From Pseudomonadota bacterium (lineage in GTDB: Bacteria > Pseudomonadota > Alphaproteobacteria > Micavibrionales > UBA2020), in assembly GCA_021849295.1 (NCBI GenBank), contig JAJZTA010000002.1, positions 51,989-115,988 on the forward strand: 64,000 nucleotides of DNA. Reading direction: 5' to 3'. The notes under the pieces are model-generated. The model searched no databases. It was not told where the DNA came from and saw only the letters and a list, made by a program, of their open reading frames with translations. The position numbers were made by a program, and so were the translations under genes. Below are positions 9,310-19,590 of the stretch, one piece after another. The stretch's first letter is position 1. The number at the start of each line of letters is the position of its first letter.

Positions 9310-10839
9310 CTAGTGTACCTCCGGTGCGGCGACGCCCTTGGGCGCGTGCGGAACGATATGGTTGGCGCTGTCGTAGCGCGTGATGACTTTTTCGATCGCC
9401 GGCGCCATCGGGGCGGTGAAGCTGGAAGGATAAATGCCCATCCAGAACACCAGCACCACCAGCGGGGCGAAGACGGCGATCTCGCGGGCGCTGACATCCG
9501 TCATCTTCCTGACGTCGTCGTGGACGATCTCGCCGAAGACCACCCGCTTGTAAAGATAAAGCATGTAGGCCGCGCCGAGCACCACGCCCGTCGCCGCGAG
9601 GAAGGTGGTGAGCGTGCTCACCTTGAACGTGCCGACCAGCACGAGGAACTCGCCGACGAAGCCCGACGTCGCGGGCAGGCCGACCGAGGCCAGCATGAAG
9701 ATCATGAAAATCGCCGCATAGACCGGCATGTTGTTGACGAGGCCGCCGTAGCGCGCGATCTCCCGCGTATGCAGGCGGTCGTAGACCACGCCGACGCAAA
9801 GGAACAGCGCGGCCGAGACGATCCCGTGCGAGAGCATGACGAACATCGCCCCCTGCACCGCCTGCGTCGTCATGGCGAAAATGCCGATGGTGACGAAGCC
9901 CATGTGGGCGATGGAGGAATAGGCGATCAGCTTTTTCATGTCCTCCTGCACCAAGGCCACCAGCGAGGTGTAGATGACGGCGATGACGCTAAGGCCGAAG
10001 ATCAGCGGCATGAAATAGTGCGACGCTTCCGGCAAGATAGGCAGAGAAAGCCGCAAGAAACCGTAGCCGCCCATTTTCAGCAGGACGCCGGCCAGAATGA
10101 CCGAGCCCGCCGTCGGCGCCTCGACGTGCGCGTCCGGCAACCAGGTGTGCACCGGCCACATCGGCACCTTGACGGCGAAGGAGGCCAGAAACGCGAGGAA
10201 CAGCCATTTTTGCATGCCGGACGGAATGGAGGACGCCATCAGCGTCGGGATGTCGGTCGTGCCCGTCTGGTGGTAAATGGCCAGAATGGCGATCAGCAGC
10301 AGCACCGAGCCGAGCAGCGTGTAGAGGAAGAACTTGAACGCGGCATAGACGCGGTTCTTGCCGCCCCACACGCCGATGATGCAGTACATCGGGATCAGCA
10401 CCGCCTCGAAGAACACGTAGAACAGCACCAGATCGAGCGCCGCGAACATGCCGAGCATCGTGGTTTCGAGCAGCATGAAGGCCATCATGTATTCGCGCAC
10501 GCGCGACTGGATGGACTTCCAGCTCGCCAGCACGCAGATCGGCGTCAGCAGGGTCGAGAGCAGGATGAAGAAGACGGAAATGCCGTCCACGCCCATTTTG
10601 TAATGGATATCGAAGCCCGTCAGCCAGCGGTATTTCTCGACGAACTGGAAGCCCGCCGCATGCGGATCGAAGCCCGCGTACATGAAGATGGAAACGCCGA
10701 ACGTCACCAGCGAGGTCAGCAGCGCGATGATGCGCGCGTTGCCCGCGACCGATTTCTCGTCGCCGCGCAGGCAGAAGATCAGCAGCGCGCCGAGCAGCGG
10801 CAGAAAGGTCATGAGCGAGAGAATGGGAAAAGTGATCAT
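9310..10839 (-). CDS. nuoM: NADH-quinone oxidoreductase subunit M
   Basis: 509-aa antiporter-like subunit (WLPDAHVEAPTAGSVILAGVLLKMGGYG). Confidence 0.9.
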   Translation of the reverse strand: MITFPILSLMTFLPLLGALLIFCLRGDEKSVAGNARIIALLTSLVTFGVSIFMYAGFDPHAAGFQFVEKYRWLTGFDIHYKMGVDGISVFFILLSTLLTPICVLASWKSIQSRVREYMMAFMLLETTMLGMFAALDLVLFYVFFEAVLIPMYCIIGVWGGKNRVYAAFKFFLYTLLGSVLLLIAILAIYHQTGTTDIPTLMASSIPSGMQKWLFLAFLASFAVKVPMWPVHTWLPDAHVEAPTAGSVILAGVLLKMGGYGFLRLSLPILPEASHYFMPLIFGLSVIAVIYTSLVALVQEDMKKLIAYSSIAHMGFVTIGIFAMTTQAVQGAMFVMLSHGIVSAALFLCVGVVYDRLHTREIARYGGLVNNMPVYAAIFMIFMLASVGLPATSGFVGEFLVLVGTFKVSTLTTFLAATGVVLGAAYMLYLYKRVVFGEIVHDDVRKMTDVSAREIAVFAPLVVLVFWMGIYPSSFTAPMAPAIEKVITRYDSANHIVPHAPKGVAAPEVH

Positions 10840-10851
10840 GGTTCCTGACCT

Positions 10852-12789
10852 CTAGTTTTGCACGCAGAAAATGTAAGCGGTGATGAAGGCCACCACGCCC
10901 GCCAGCATGGCGAAGGCGTAATGGTAGATGTAGCCCGTCTCGATCTTGCTGGCCTTGCGCGCGCCGCCGGCGACCGCCTTGGCGACGCCGTCCGGCCCGA
11001 GTCCGTCGATGATCTTGCCGTCCCCGGTCTTCCACAGCGCCCTGCCGATGATGAAGGCGGGCACGACGCCGAGCGCGTGATAGATCTCGTCGAAATACCA
11101 TTTATTGAACAACAGGCTGTGCAGGGGCTTGAAGGCTTTGGCGATCTTCGCTGGCAGCTTCGTCGCCTTCATGTAGAGCCAGAAGGCCACCAGAATGCCG
11201 ATGACGCCGACTGCAACGGGCGCATGCGCGGCCCAGGCGGGGATATTTTCCGCCATGGCAACCGTGTGGTCGCCCTTAAGGACGAAGAGGCTTTTTCCCC
11301 AGAAGGCCTGGCGCGCATCGCCGACGAAAAACCTGTGGAACGCCCAGCCTCCGAACATCGCCCCAGCGCCAAGCACGTAGAGCGGCACCAGCATCACCGG
11401 CGGAGATTCATGCACGTGATCCATGGTATGCTTGTCGGCGCGCGGCTTGCCGTGAAAGGTCATGAAGATCATCCGCCACGAATAGAACGCCGTCATGAAA
11501 GCCGCGGCGACGCCGAGCCAATAAGCGAAACGCGCGGCATCGCCGACTTTTGCGAAATCCGCCTCGAGGATCAGATCCTTGGAATAATAACCCGCGAACA
11601 GCGGTATCCCCGCCAGCGCCAGGCTGCCGATCCACATCAGCACGTAGGTCTGCGGGATTTTCTTGTAAAGCCCGCCCATCTTGCGCATGTCCTGCTCGCC
11701 GCCCATGGCATGGATGACGGAGCCGGAGCCGAGGAACAGCAGCGCCTTGAAAAACGCGTGGGTGAAGAGGTGGAAAATCGCTGCGCTGTAGGCCGAAACG
11801 CCGAGGGCGAAGAACATGTAGCCGAGCTGGCTCATGGTGGAATAGGCGATCACGCGCTTGATGTCGAACTGGGTGATGGCGATGGTCGCGGCGACGAAGG
11901 CGGTGAGGCCGCCCATCACGGTGATGAACATGCGCACCTGCACGGCGTATTCGTATACCGGCGACATGCGCGCCACCATGAAGACGCCCGCCGTCACCAT
12001 CGTCGCCGCGTGGATGAGCGCGGAGACCGGCGTCGGGCCCTCCATCGCGTCCGGCAGCCAGGTGTGCAGGCCGAGCTGCGCCGATTTGCCCATCGCGCCG
12101 ACGAACAACAGGGCACAGATGAGGTTGAGCGCGCCGTAACCGTGGCCGAGGAACATGATCGTCGCGTCCTTCATCTCCGCCGCGTGGGCGAAGATATAGT
12201 CGAAATTGAGCGACTTGAAGAGGAAGAACGTCGCCATCAGCCCGAGCGCGAGCCCGAAGTCGCCGATGCGGTTCATGACGAAGGCCTTGATCGCGGCGTT
12301 GTTGGCGCTCTCCTTCCCGTTCCAGAAGCCGATCAGCAGGTAGGACATCAGCCCCACCCCTTCCCAGCCGAAGAACAGCTGCACCAGGTTGTCCGCCGTC
12401 ACCAGCATCAGCATGGCGAAGGTGAACAGGCTCAAATAGGCGGTGAAACGCGCCCGCGCCTTGTCGTGCGCCATGTAGCCGATGGAATAAAAATGCACGC
12501 AGCAGGAGACGACCGTCACCACCGTCACCATCACCGTGGCCAGCTGGTCGAAGCGCAGGGCCCAATCGACCTTCAACGCGCCGGAGGAAATCCACGTGAG
12601 CAGCGTTGCCGTGTGCGGATGGTGCAAAAAGAGCACGTCGCGGAACAGGGCGACGGCGCATCCCGCCGAAACCAGCATCAGCGTGCAGGTGGCGAAGTTC
12701 GCGCCCTTGTCGCCGATCTTTTTGCCGAACAGTCCGGCGATGGCGGCGCCGAGAAGCGGGGCGAATACGGCTACGGTTTCGAGTTGCAT
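10852..12789 (-). CDS. nuoL: NADH-quinone oxidoreductase subunit L
   Basis: 645 aa (WLPDAMEGPTPVSALIHAATMVTAGVF), with the long C-terminal lateral-helix region. Confidence 0.9.
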   Translation of the reverse strand: MQLETVAVFAPLLGAAIAGLFGKKIGDKGANFATCTLMLVSAGCAVALFRDVLFLHHPHTATLLTWISSGALKVDWALRFDQLATVMVTVVTVVSCCVHFYSIGYMAHDKARARFTAYLSLFTFAMLMLVTADNLVQLFFGWEGVGLMSYLLIGFWNGKESANNAAIKAFVMNRIGDFGLALGLMATFFLFKSLNFDYIFAHAAEMKDATIMFLGHGYGALNLICALLFVGAMGKSAQLGLHTWLPDAMEGPTPVSALIHAATMVTAGVFMVARMSPVYEYAVQVRMFITVMGGLTAFVAATIAITQFDIKRVIAYSTMSQLGYMFFALGVSAYSAAIFHLFTHAFFKALLFLGSGSVIHAMGGEQDMRKMGGLYKKIPQTYVLMWIGSLALAGIPLFAGYYSKDLILEADFAKVGDAARFAYWLGVAAAFMTAFYSWRMIFMTFHGKPRADKHTMDHVHESPPVMLVPLYVLGAGAMFGGWAFHRFFVGDARQAFWGKSLFVLKGDHTVAMAENIPAWAAHAPVAVGVIGILVAFWLYMKATKLPAKIAKAFKPLHSLLFNKWYFDEIYHALGVVPAFIIGRALWKTGDGKIIDGLGPDGVAKAVAGGARKASKIETGYIYHYAFAMLAGVVAFITAYIFCVQN

Positions 12790-12793
12790 GGTT

Positions 12794-13111
12794 TTATCCC
12801 TTCAGCGTGCTGATGTCTTCGACCGCGATGCTGTCCTTGTTGCGGAAGAAGCAGACCAGAATGGCAAGCCCGATCGCCGCCTCCGCCGCCGCGACCGTCA
12901 GGATAAACATCGCGAACACCTGCCCCGTCAGATCGTGCAGAAACGAGGAGAAAGTCACGAAGTTGATCTGCACCGCGAGCAGCATCAGCTCGATGGACAT
13001 CAAAATGATAATCACGTTGCGGCGGTTCAAAAAGATGCCGAACACGCCGAGCGTGAACAAAATCGCCGACAGAAAGAGGAAATGGCTTATCCCGATATGC
13101 ATGAGTGTCAT
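12794..13111 (-). CDS. nuoK: NADH-quinone oxidoreductase subunit K
   Basis: 105 aa, 3 TM helices ([10 protein letters not shown]). 4-nt overlap with nuoJ. Confidence 0.9.
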   Translation of the reverse strand: MTLMHIGISHFLFLSAILFTLGVFGIFLNRRNVIIILMSIELMLLAVQINFVTFSSFLHDLTGQVFAMFILTVAAAEAAIGLAILVCFFRNKDSIAVEDISTLKG

Positions 13112-13719
13112 AATTCAACTCCCGCGCCGCTGGCGACCTTGACGACCTTGATGACATTCTTCGGATTGCGCGCCACCTGGTCGGACACGTTCTGGCGGCG
13201 CACGTCGCCGCGGCTGCGCAGGGTCAGCGTGATCGCGCCGACCATGGCGACCAGCAGGATCAGCCCCGCCGTCTCGAAGGGGAAAAGATATTGCGTATAG
13301 AGGATCTGCCCCAGCGCGTGGGTGTTGGTGACGCCGTGGGGCGTCGGCGAGCGGGCGCTGTTATCGACGAACATCGAGGGCGTCCAGTCCATATACATCC
13401 ACATCAGCTCCGCCAGCAGCGCCAGCCCGACGAAGGCGCCGACCGGCAGATGCTTCAGCATCCCCTTGCGCAGGGCGGCGAAGTTGATGTCGAGCATCAT
13501 GACGACGAAGAGGAACAGCACGGCGACCGCGCCGACGTAGACGATCACCAGCGTCATGCCGATGAACTCCGCCCCCAGCATCACGAACAGCGACGCGGCG
13601 TTGAAAAAGGCCAGAATGAGGAACAGCACCGCATGCACGGGGTTGCGCGCCGTAATCACCATCAGCGCGCTCAAAATCAGCACGGCGGCGAAGATATAAA
13701 AGAAAATGGCTTCGATCAT
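13108..13719 (-). CDS. nuoJ: NADH-quinone oxidoreductase subunit J
   Basis: 203-aa membrane subunit, correct operon position. Confidence 0.88.
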   Translation of the reverse strand: MIEAIFFYIFAAVLILSALMVITARNPVHAVLFLILAFFNAASLFVMLGAEFIGMTLVIVYVGAVAVLFLFVVMMLDINFAALRKGMLKHLPVGAFVGLALLAELMWMYMDWTPSMFVDNSARSPTPHGVTNTHALGQILYTQYLFPFETAGLILLVAMVGAITLTLRSRGDVRRQNVSDQVARNPKNVIKVVKVASGAGVEL

Positions 13720-13731
13720 GGGTTCCGGTTC

Positions 13732-14217
13732 CTATCTGTACTTCTTGTCCGCTTCGAGCGTGGCGGCGATTTGCGCTTCCCAGCGGTCGCCGTTGGCCAG
13801 CAGGCGTTCCTTGTCGTAGAGCAGTTCCTCGTGCGTCTCGGTGGCGTATTCGAAGTTCGGCCCCTCGACGATCGCGTCCACGGGGCAGGCTTCCTGACAC
13901 AGGCCGCAATAGATGCATTTGGTCATGTCGATGTCGTAGCGCGTGGTGCGGCGGCTGCCGTCCTCGCGCGGTTCGGCCTCGATAGTGATGGCCTGCGCGG
14001 GGCAGATCGCCTCGCAAAGCTTGCAGGCGATGCAGCGCTCCTCCCCGTTCGCATAGCGGCGCAAGGCGTGCTCGCCGCGGAAGCGCGGGCTGATCGGCCC
14101 CTTCTCGAACGGATAGTTGATCGTCACGGACTTTTTGAACATGTAGCTGAATGTCAGCGCGAAGCCCTTGATCAGCTCGATGAGGAAGAAACTGCGGACT
14201 GTTTTTGTGGCAGACAT
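13732..14217 (-). CDS. nuoI: NADH-quinone oxidoreductase subunit I (2x[4Fe-4S])
   Basis: [12 protein letters not shown] and [12 protein letters not shown] ferredoxin motifs. Confidence 0.92.
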   Translation of the reverse strand: MSATKTVRSFFLIELIKGFALTFSYMFKKSVTINYPFEKGPISPRFRGEHALRRYANGEERCIACKLCEAICPAQAITIEAEPREDGSRRTTRYDIDMTKCIYCGLCQEACPVDAIVEGPNFEYATETHEELLYDKERLLANGDRWEAQIAATLEADKKYR

Positions 14218-14220
14218 ATA

Positions 14221-15282
14221 TTACATCCCCGGTAAAGCGTGATTATAAAGCAAGGTGCCCGCGACGATGACGACCCAGACGAGCGTGAAAGGCAAAAACA
14301 CCTTCCAGCCGAGGCGCATCAGCTGGTCGTAGCGGTAGCGCGGCAGGGTGCCGCGCGCCCAGAGGAAGATGAAGAGGATAAAGCAGACCTTCAGCGTGAA
14401 CCACATCACGCCCGGCACGAACGCCAGCGCATGCAGACCGAACGGCGGCAGCCAGCCGCCGAGGAACAAAATCGTCGCGGTGCCGGAGAGCAAAATCATG
14501 TTGAGATATTCGCCGAGGAAGAACAGCGCGAAGGTCATCGCCGAATATTCGACGTTGTAGCCGCCGACCAGTTCCGACTCGCCCTCGGGCAGGTCGAACG
14601 GCGCGCGGTTGGTCTCCGCCAGCGCGGAAATGACGTAGATCACGAACATCGGGAACAAGAGCACCGACACCCACCACGGACGGTGGACGGTGACGATATC
14701 CGTCATGTTGAGCGAGCCCGTCGCCAGCATCACGGCGACGATGACGAAGCCCATCGAGACTTCATAAGAGATCATCTGCGCGGCGGAGCGCATGCCGCCC
14801 AGAAACGCATAGCGCGAGTTCGACGCCCAGCCCGCGACGATGATGCCGTAAACGCCGAGCGAAGAGATGGCGAAGATATAAAGCATGCCGACGTTGATAT
14901 TGGCGAGCACCAGCCCCTTGCCGACGGGGATCACCGCCCACGCCACCAGACTTAAGGCGAAGGTGATCATCGGTGCAATAATAAAGAGCGTTTTGTCCGC
15001 GCCGGTCGGGATGATGGTTTCCTTGGAAAAGAGCTTGATGCCGTCGGCGAAGGCCTGCAGCAAGCCGTAAGGCCCGACCATCATCGGGCCTTGTCTTAAT
15101 TGGATCGCGCCCAGCACTTTGCGCTCGGCATAAGTCAGATACGCCATGATGACCAGCAGCGGCACGACCAGCGCGAGGATTTTGACGATAATCCACGCCA
15201 CCGGCACGATATAGACCGCGACGAACGGGAATTCCTTCAAAAACGCGGCGACGGCGGGAATGTGCAGGAACCAATCAAGCAT
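14221..15282 (-). CDS. nuoH: NADH-quinone oxidoreductase subunit H
   Basis: 353-aa polytopic protein ([32 protein letters not shown]). Confidence 0.92.
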   Translation of the reverse strand: MLDWFLHIPAVAAFLKEFPFVAVYIVPVAWIIVKILALVVPLLVIMAYLTYAERKVLGAIQLRQGPMMVGPYGLLQAFADGIKLFSKETIIPTGADKTLFIIAPMITFALSLVAWAVIPVGKGLVLANINVGMLYIFAISSLGVYGIIVAGWASNSRYAFLGGMRSAAQMISYEVSMGFVIVAVMLATGSLNMTDIVTVHRPWWVSVLLFPMFVIYVISALAETNRAPFDLPEGESELVGGYNVEYSAMTFALFFLGEYLNMILLSGTATILFLGGWLPPFGLHALAFVPGVMWFTLKVCFILFIFLWARGTLPRYRYDQLMRLGWKVFLPFTLVWVVIVAGTLLYNHALPGM

Positions 15283-15296
15283 GTGTCAGCCTCCTC

Positions 15297-15354
15297 CGCC
15301 ACGCCGGACTTGTTCCGGCGTCCATATGGATGCCGCAATAAATGCGGCATGGCG
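15297..15354. repeat. 58-nt structured palindromic intergenic element, copy A (nuoG-nuoH spacer)
   Basis: cgccacgccggacttgttccggcgtccatatggatgccgcaataaatgcggcatggcg. Two internal hairpins (gccgga-cttgt-tccggc; gccgca-ataaa-tgcggc) are closed by an outer stem (cgccacgcc / ggcatggcg). It ends right at the nuoH Shine-Dalgarno. Confidence 0.8.
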
Positions 15355-15371
15355 GTTTAATATTTATGCTT

Positions 15372-17408
15372 CTATCCATTTGCCACCGCCTTCTCGTCAT
15401 CGGCCGGTTTCGCGTTCAAAAACGCCTCCGTGCAGGCCTGCATGGTCTTGGAGGCGCGGGAGATCGGGTCGGTCATGTAGAAGTTTGCGACCGTCGTGCC
15501 GAACGGCTTGGCATCGCACTTGCCCGCCTTGCCGAACGCCGACCATTTGACGGGCTGGATTTCGTCCACTTTGGCGAAGGCGGCGTTTTCTTCAGCCAGA
15601 CGCGCGCGCACCTGCGGCAGCGTGGCGTAAGGCAGCTTATGTCCCAGCGCGACGGCGAGATTGACAATGATCTGCCAGTCCTCGCGCGCCTCGCCCGGCG
15701 GGAAGACCGCCTGCAGGCCGTTTTGCACGCGGCCTTCGGTGTTGACGTAGGTCGCGCTCTTTTCGGTATAGGCCGCGCCCGGCAAAATCACGTCCGCGCG
15801 CGCGGCAACCTTTTCACCATGATGTCCCTGATAAACGACGAAGCAGTCGGGCTTGATGTTCTCGACCGGCATTTCGTCCGCGCCGAGCAGATAGAGCGCG
15901 TCCACTTTCTGCCACGACGCCTCGTCGCCCTCGACGAAGCCGAGCATCAGCGCGCCGACGCGCGACGCCTGCGTGTGCAGCATGTTGTAGCCGTTCCAGC
16001 CGTCGCGCGCCATGTTGAACTTTTCGGCGACCTTGCGGGCGAGCGCGGTGATGGCATAGCCGTCGGGGCGGCGCAGCGCGCCCGCGCCGAGAATGATCAT
16101 CGGGTTTTTGGCCTTGGCGAGCACGTCGGCGAAATCGCCCTTGCCCTCGCTCAGCTCCGCCAGCGTATCCGGCCCCGCGCCGAGGTATTTATAGGGATAG
16201 TTGAGGTCGATCTTTTGCCCGATCACGCCGACCTTGATATGTTTCGCCAGCCACGTCTTGCGGATGCGGGCGTTGACCAGCGCGGCCTCGGTGCGCGGGT
16301 TGGTGCCGACCAGCAAAATGGCGTCCGCGCGCTCGATGCCGGCGATGGTGGTGTTGAAAAGATAGCCCGCCGGATGCTTGACGTCGATCTGCGCCATGTC
16401 CTGACGGCACTCGAGGTTGGTCGCGCCCAGTTCCTTCATCAGGTCTTTCAGCGCGATAATGGACTCGCAATCGGCGAGATCGCCGACGATGGCGCCGAAG
16501 GTGCGCTTTTTCGCTTCTGCGGCGATGGCGCCGAACGCCTCTTCCCACGAGGCGGGCTGAAGCTTGCCATTCTTGCGCACGTAGCATTTGTCGAGGCGGT
16601 TGTTCTTGAGACCGTCGACGGCAAAACGCGTCTTGTCCGAGATCCACTCCTCGTTCACGTCTTCATGCAAACGCGGCAGGATGCGCATGACCTCGCCGCC
16701 GCGCGCGTCGATGCGGATGTTGGAGCCAACGGCGTCGAGAACGTCAATGCCCGGGGTCTTGCGCAGCTCCCACGGGCGCGCGGCGAAAGCGTAAGGCTTG
16801 CTCGTCAGCGCGCCGACGGGGCAGACGTCGATGAGGTTGCCGGACAGCTCCGACGTCACCATCTGCTCGACGTAGGTGCCGATTTCGAGATGCTCGCCGC
16901 GGTTCAGCACGCCGAGTTCGCTCACCCCCGCGATTTCCTCGCCGAAGCGCACGCAGCGCGTGCACTGGATGCAGCGCGTCATGACGGTTTTGACCAGCGG
17001 GCCGAGGTCCTTGTTGGTCACGGCGCGTTTTTCTTCCTCATAGCGCGAGCGGTCGTAACCGTAGGCCACTGCCTGATCCTGCAGGTCGCACTCGCCGCCC
17101 TGATCGCAGATGGGGCAATCCAGCGGGTGGTTGACGAGCAGCATTTCCATCACGTTCTTGCGCGCCTGTTTCGCCTTTTCGGATTGCGTGTAAACCTTCA
17201 TCCCGTCGCCGCAGGGCAACGCGCAAGACGCCATGGGCTTGGGCGACTTTTCCACCTCGACGAGGCACATGCGGCAGTTCGCCGGCACGGAAAGCTTGTC
17301 GTGATAGCAAAAGCGCGGGATCTCGATCCCGACCTGCTCCGCCGCCTGAATGATCGACGTCCCCGGCTCTACGGTGACTTCAATATCGTCTATGGTCAGT
17401 TTAGGCAT
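15372..17408 (-). CDS. nuoG: NADH-quinone oxidoreductase subunit G (75-kDa Fe-S subunit)
   Basis: 678 aa. N-terminal 2Fe-2S/4Fe-4S cysteine clusters (CYHDKLSVPANCRMCLVE, CIQCTRCVRF). Confidence 0.92.
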   Translation of the reverse strand: MPKLTIDDIEVTVEPGTSIIQAAEQVGIEIPRFCYHDKLSVPANCRMCLVEVEKSPKPMASCALPCGDGMKVYTQSEKAKQARKNVMEMLLVNHPLDCPICDQGGECDLQDQAVAYGYDRSRYEEEKRAVTNKDLGPLVKTVMTRCIQCTRCVRFGEEIAGVSELGVLNRGEHLEIGTYVEQMVTSELSGNLIDVCPVGALTSKPYAFAARPWELRKTPGIDVLDAVGSNIRIDARGGEVMRILPRLHEDVNEEWISDKTRFAVDGLKNNRLDKCYVRKNGKLQPASWEEAFGAIAAEAKKRTFGAIVGDLADCESIIALKDLMKELGATNLECRQDMAQIDVKHPAGYLFNTTIAGIERADAILLVGTNPRTEAALVNARIRKTWLAKHIKVGVIGQKIDLNYPYKYLGAGPDTLAELSEGKGDFADVLAKAKNPMIILGAGALRRPDGYAITALARKVAEKFNMARDGWNGYNMLHTQASRVGALMLGFVEGDEASWQKVDALYLLGADEMPVENIKPDCFVVYQGHHGEKVAARADVILPGAAYTEKSATYVNTEGRVQNGLQAVFPPGEAREDWQIIVNLAVALGHKLPYATLPQVRARLAEENAAFAKVDEIQPVKWSAFGKAGKCDAKPFGTTVANFYMTDPISRASKTMQACTEAFLNAKPADDEKAVANG

Positions 17409-17421
17409 CGTGAACGCGCTC

Positions 17422-18705
17422 CTACGCTACCAGCTTGCTGCGGTATTCTTTGATCCGCCGTTCCATTTCGGGGCGGAAGTGGTTGATCAAGCCCTGTATC
17501 GGCCACGCCGAGGCGTCGCCGTGGGCGCAGATGGTGTGACCCTCGATCTCGCGGCCGATGTCGAGCAGCATGTCGATTTCGTCGAGTCGCGCCTCCCCGC
17601 GCACCATGCGCTGCATGATGCGATACATCCAGCCCGTGCCCTCGCGGCATGGCGTGCACTGGCCGCAGCTTTCGTGCCAGTAGAAGCGCGCCAGGCGCGC
17701 GATGGCGTAAACGATGTCGGTCGACTTGTCCATGACGATGATCGCCGCGGTGCCGAGACCGGAGTTCTGCTCGCGCAGGGCGTCGAAATCCATCAGCACC
17801 GTGTCGCAAACGCTTTTCGGCAGCAGACGCGTGGACGAGCCGCCGGGAATGACCGCCAGAAGGTTGTCCCACCCGCCGCGCACGCCGCCGCCGTGTTTTT
17901 CGATGATCTCCTTCAGCGGCACGCTCATCGCCTCCTCGACGTTGCAGGGCGTGTTGACGTGCCCGGAGATGCAGAACAGTTTCGTGCCGCTGTTTTTCTC
18001 GCGCCCGAAGCTCGCGAACCACGACCCGCCGCGCTTGACGATTTCCGGCACGACGGCGATGGTCTCGACGTTGTTGACCGTCGTCGGGCAGGCATAAAGC
18101 CCCGCGCCGGCGGGAAACGGCGGCTTGTTGCGCGGCATGCCCTTTTTGCCTTCAAGGCTGTTCAAGAGGGCTGTTTCCTCGCCGCAAATGTACGCGCCCG
18201 CGCCGCGGTGCACATAGATATCGAAGTCCCAGCCGGAACCGCAGGCGTTTTTGCCGACCAGACCCGCTTCATAGGCCTCGTCGATGGCGGTTTGCAGGGC
18301 TTCCGCCTCGCGCATGAACTCGCCGCGGATATAAATATAGCAGGCGTGCGCGCGCATCGCGTAGCTCGCCAGCAGCGCGCCCTCGATCAGGCGGTGCGGC
18401 TCGTGGCGGATGATGTCGCGGTCCTTGCAGGTGCCGGGCTCGGATTCGTCGGCGTTGATGACGAGGTAGTTGGGGCGGCCGTCCTTGGATTCCTTGGGCA
18501 TGAACGACCATTTCATCCCCGTGGGGAAGCCCGCGCCGCCGCGGCCGCGCAAGCCGGAGTTTTTCACTTCCTCGATGATCCAGTCCTGTCCCTTGGCCAT
18601 GACCTCTTTCGTGCCCGCCCAGACGCCGCGTTCTTTCGCCGCCTTGAGGGTCGGCCAGTCCCAGCCGTAGATGTTGGTGAATATCCTGTCCTTGTCGTCT
18701 AGCAT
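17422..18705 (-). CDS. nuoF: NADH-quinone oxidoreductase subunit F (51-kDa FMN/NADH-binding)
   Basis: [19 protein letters not shown] and [12 protein letters not shown] motifs. Confidence 0.93.
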   Translation of the reverse strand: MLDDKDRIFTNIYGWDWPTLKAAKERGVWAGTKEVMAKGQDWIIEEVKNSGLRGRGGAGFPTGMKWSFMPKESKDGRPNYLVINADESEPGTCKDRDIIRHEPHRLIEGALLASYAMRAHACYIYIRGEFMREAEALQTAIDEAYEAGLVGKNACGSGWDFDIYVHRGAGAYICGEETALLNSLEGKKGMPRNKPPFPAGAGLYACPTTVNNVETIAVVPEIVKRGGSWFASFGREKNSGTKLFCISGHVNTPCNVEEAMSVPLKEIIEKHGGGVRGGWDNLLAVIPGGSSTRLLPKSVCDTVLMDFDALREQNSGLGTAAIIVMDKSTDIVYAIARLARFYWHESCGQCTPCREGTGWMYRIMQRMVRGEARLDEIDMLLDIGREIEGHTICAHGDASAWPIQGLINHFRPEMERRIKEYRSKLVA

Positions 18706-18878
18706 CCCGTTTCTCCGGTCAAAATCTCGCGCACCGACGACGCCCGCTGCAGGCAGGCGTCATGCCCGCAGGTCGCGGACCGCGCAGGCGTCTCCGACGG
18801 CGGCGCGGCCAGTCCCGCGCTTTCGCCGCGCGGGGAAAAGACGCGGGCGCGCCCGCTCATGTTCATGGGTGATTTCAT
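18699..18878 (-). CDS. Possible 59-aa unidentified reading frame bridging nuoE and nuoF
   Basis: [59 protein letters not shown]. Its ATG overlaps the nuoE stop (AAATGAAA) and its stop overlaps the nuoF start (GGATGCTAG). Low-complexity composition, so it could be a chance ORF in GC-rich spacer. Confidence 0.3.
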   Translation of the reverse strand: MKSPMNMSGRARVFSPRGESAGLAAPPSETPARSATCGHDACLQRASSVREILTGETGC

Positions 18879-19504
18879 TTCTCGATCCCCGCTTTCCTGG
18901 CCTGCTCTCCAAGCGTGGTCGGCCCCTTGGCGCCCATGGATTTGACGCGGCCGGTCTGCGAGCCGGGCTTGGCCTTGCCCGCCTTGATGTCGTCGAGAAC
19001 CTTGACGACGTTTTCGGGCGTCAGGTCTTCGTAAAAATCGTCGCCGTTGTGCTGGAACACTGGCGCGTTGACGCAAGCGCCGAGGCATTCGACGTCGGAC
19101 AAATGAAACTCGCCGTCCGGCGTGGTTTCGCCGAGATGGATGCCGAGATGCTTTTCGCACGCGCGCACCACCTCGCCCGAGCCCGCCAGCCAGCACGGCG
19201 TGGTGGTGCAGAACTGGATGTGGTGCTTGCCCTTGGGGCTAAGGTTGTACATCGTGTAGAACGTCGCGACTTCGAAGACCTTGACGCGCGGCATGTCGAG
19301 GATGCGCGCGATCTCTTCCATCGCCGCTTCTGGAATCCAGCCGTCGTGCTGCTCCTGCGCGAGGGTCAAAAGCGCCATCACCGCGCTGGCCTGACGGCCC
19401 TTCGGGTATTTGGCGATATGCTTTTCGACCTTGGCCATGTTCTCTTTGGAGAACTTGAAGTCTTTCGGCTGTTCGAAATCGACTTTATGCGACACTGCGG
19501 ACAT
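18875..19504 (-). CDS. nuoE: NADH-quinone oxidoreductase subunit E (24-kDa 2Fe-2S)
   Basis: 209 aa. FCTTTPCWLAGS and CLGACVNAP cysteine motifs. About 40-aa C-terminal extension. Confidence 0.92.
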   Translation of the reverse strand: MSAVSHKVDFEQPKDFKFSKENMAKVEKHIAKYPKGRQASAVMALLTLAQEQHDGWIPEAAMEEIARILDMPRVKVFEVATFYTMYNLSPKGKHHIQFCTTTPCWLAGSGEVVRACEKHLGIHLGETTPDGEFHLSDVECLGACVNAPVFQHNGDDFYEDLTPENVVKVLDDIKAGKAKPGSQTGRVKSMGAKGPTTLGEQARKAGIEK

Positions 19505-19516
19505 TGATCACCTCCC

Positions 19517-19574
19517 CGCCACGCCGCATTTATTGCGGCGTCCATATAGATTCCGGAACAAGTCCGGCATGGCG
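19517..19574. repeat. 58-nt structured palindromic intergenic element, copy B (nuoD-nuoE spacer), inverted relative to copy A
   Basis: cgccacgccgcatttattgcggcgtccatatagattccggaacaagtccggcatggcg. Its reverse complement matches copy A at about 51/58 positions. It ends at the nuoE Shine-Dalgarno. Confidence 0.8.
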
Positions 19575-19590
19575 TCCAATATAGAACTGT

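Noticed and set aside
7888-10848. 986-aa + strand ORF, plus similar giants: 28066..30465 (+), 15342..17453 (+), 10858..12813 (+), 3194..4657 (+).
   Set aside because: They lie antisense to well-supported genes (nuoN/M, lon, nuoG, nuoL, proS). They have extreme Arg/His/Asp/Gly composition and no motifs. These are typical stop-codon-poor shadow frames of high-GC DNA.
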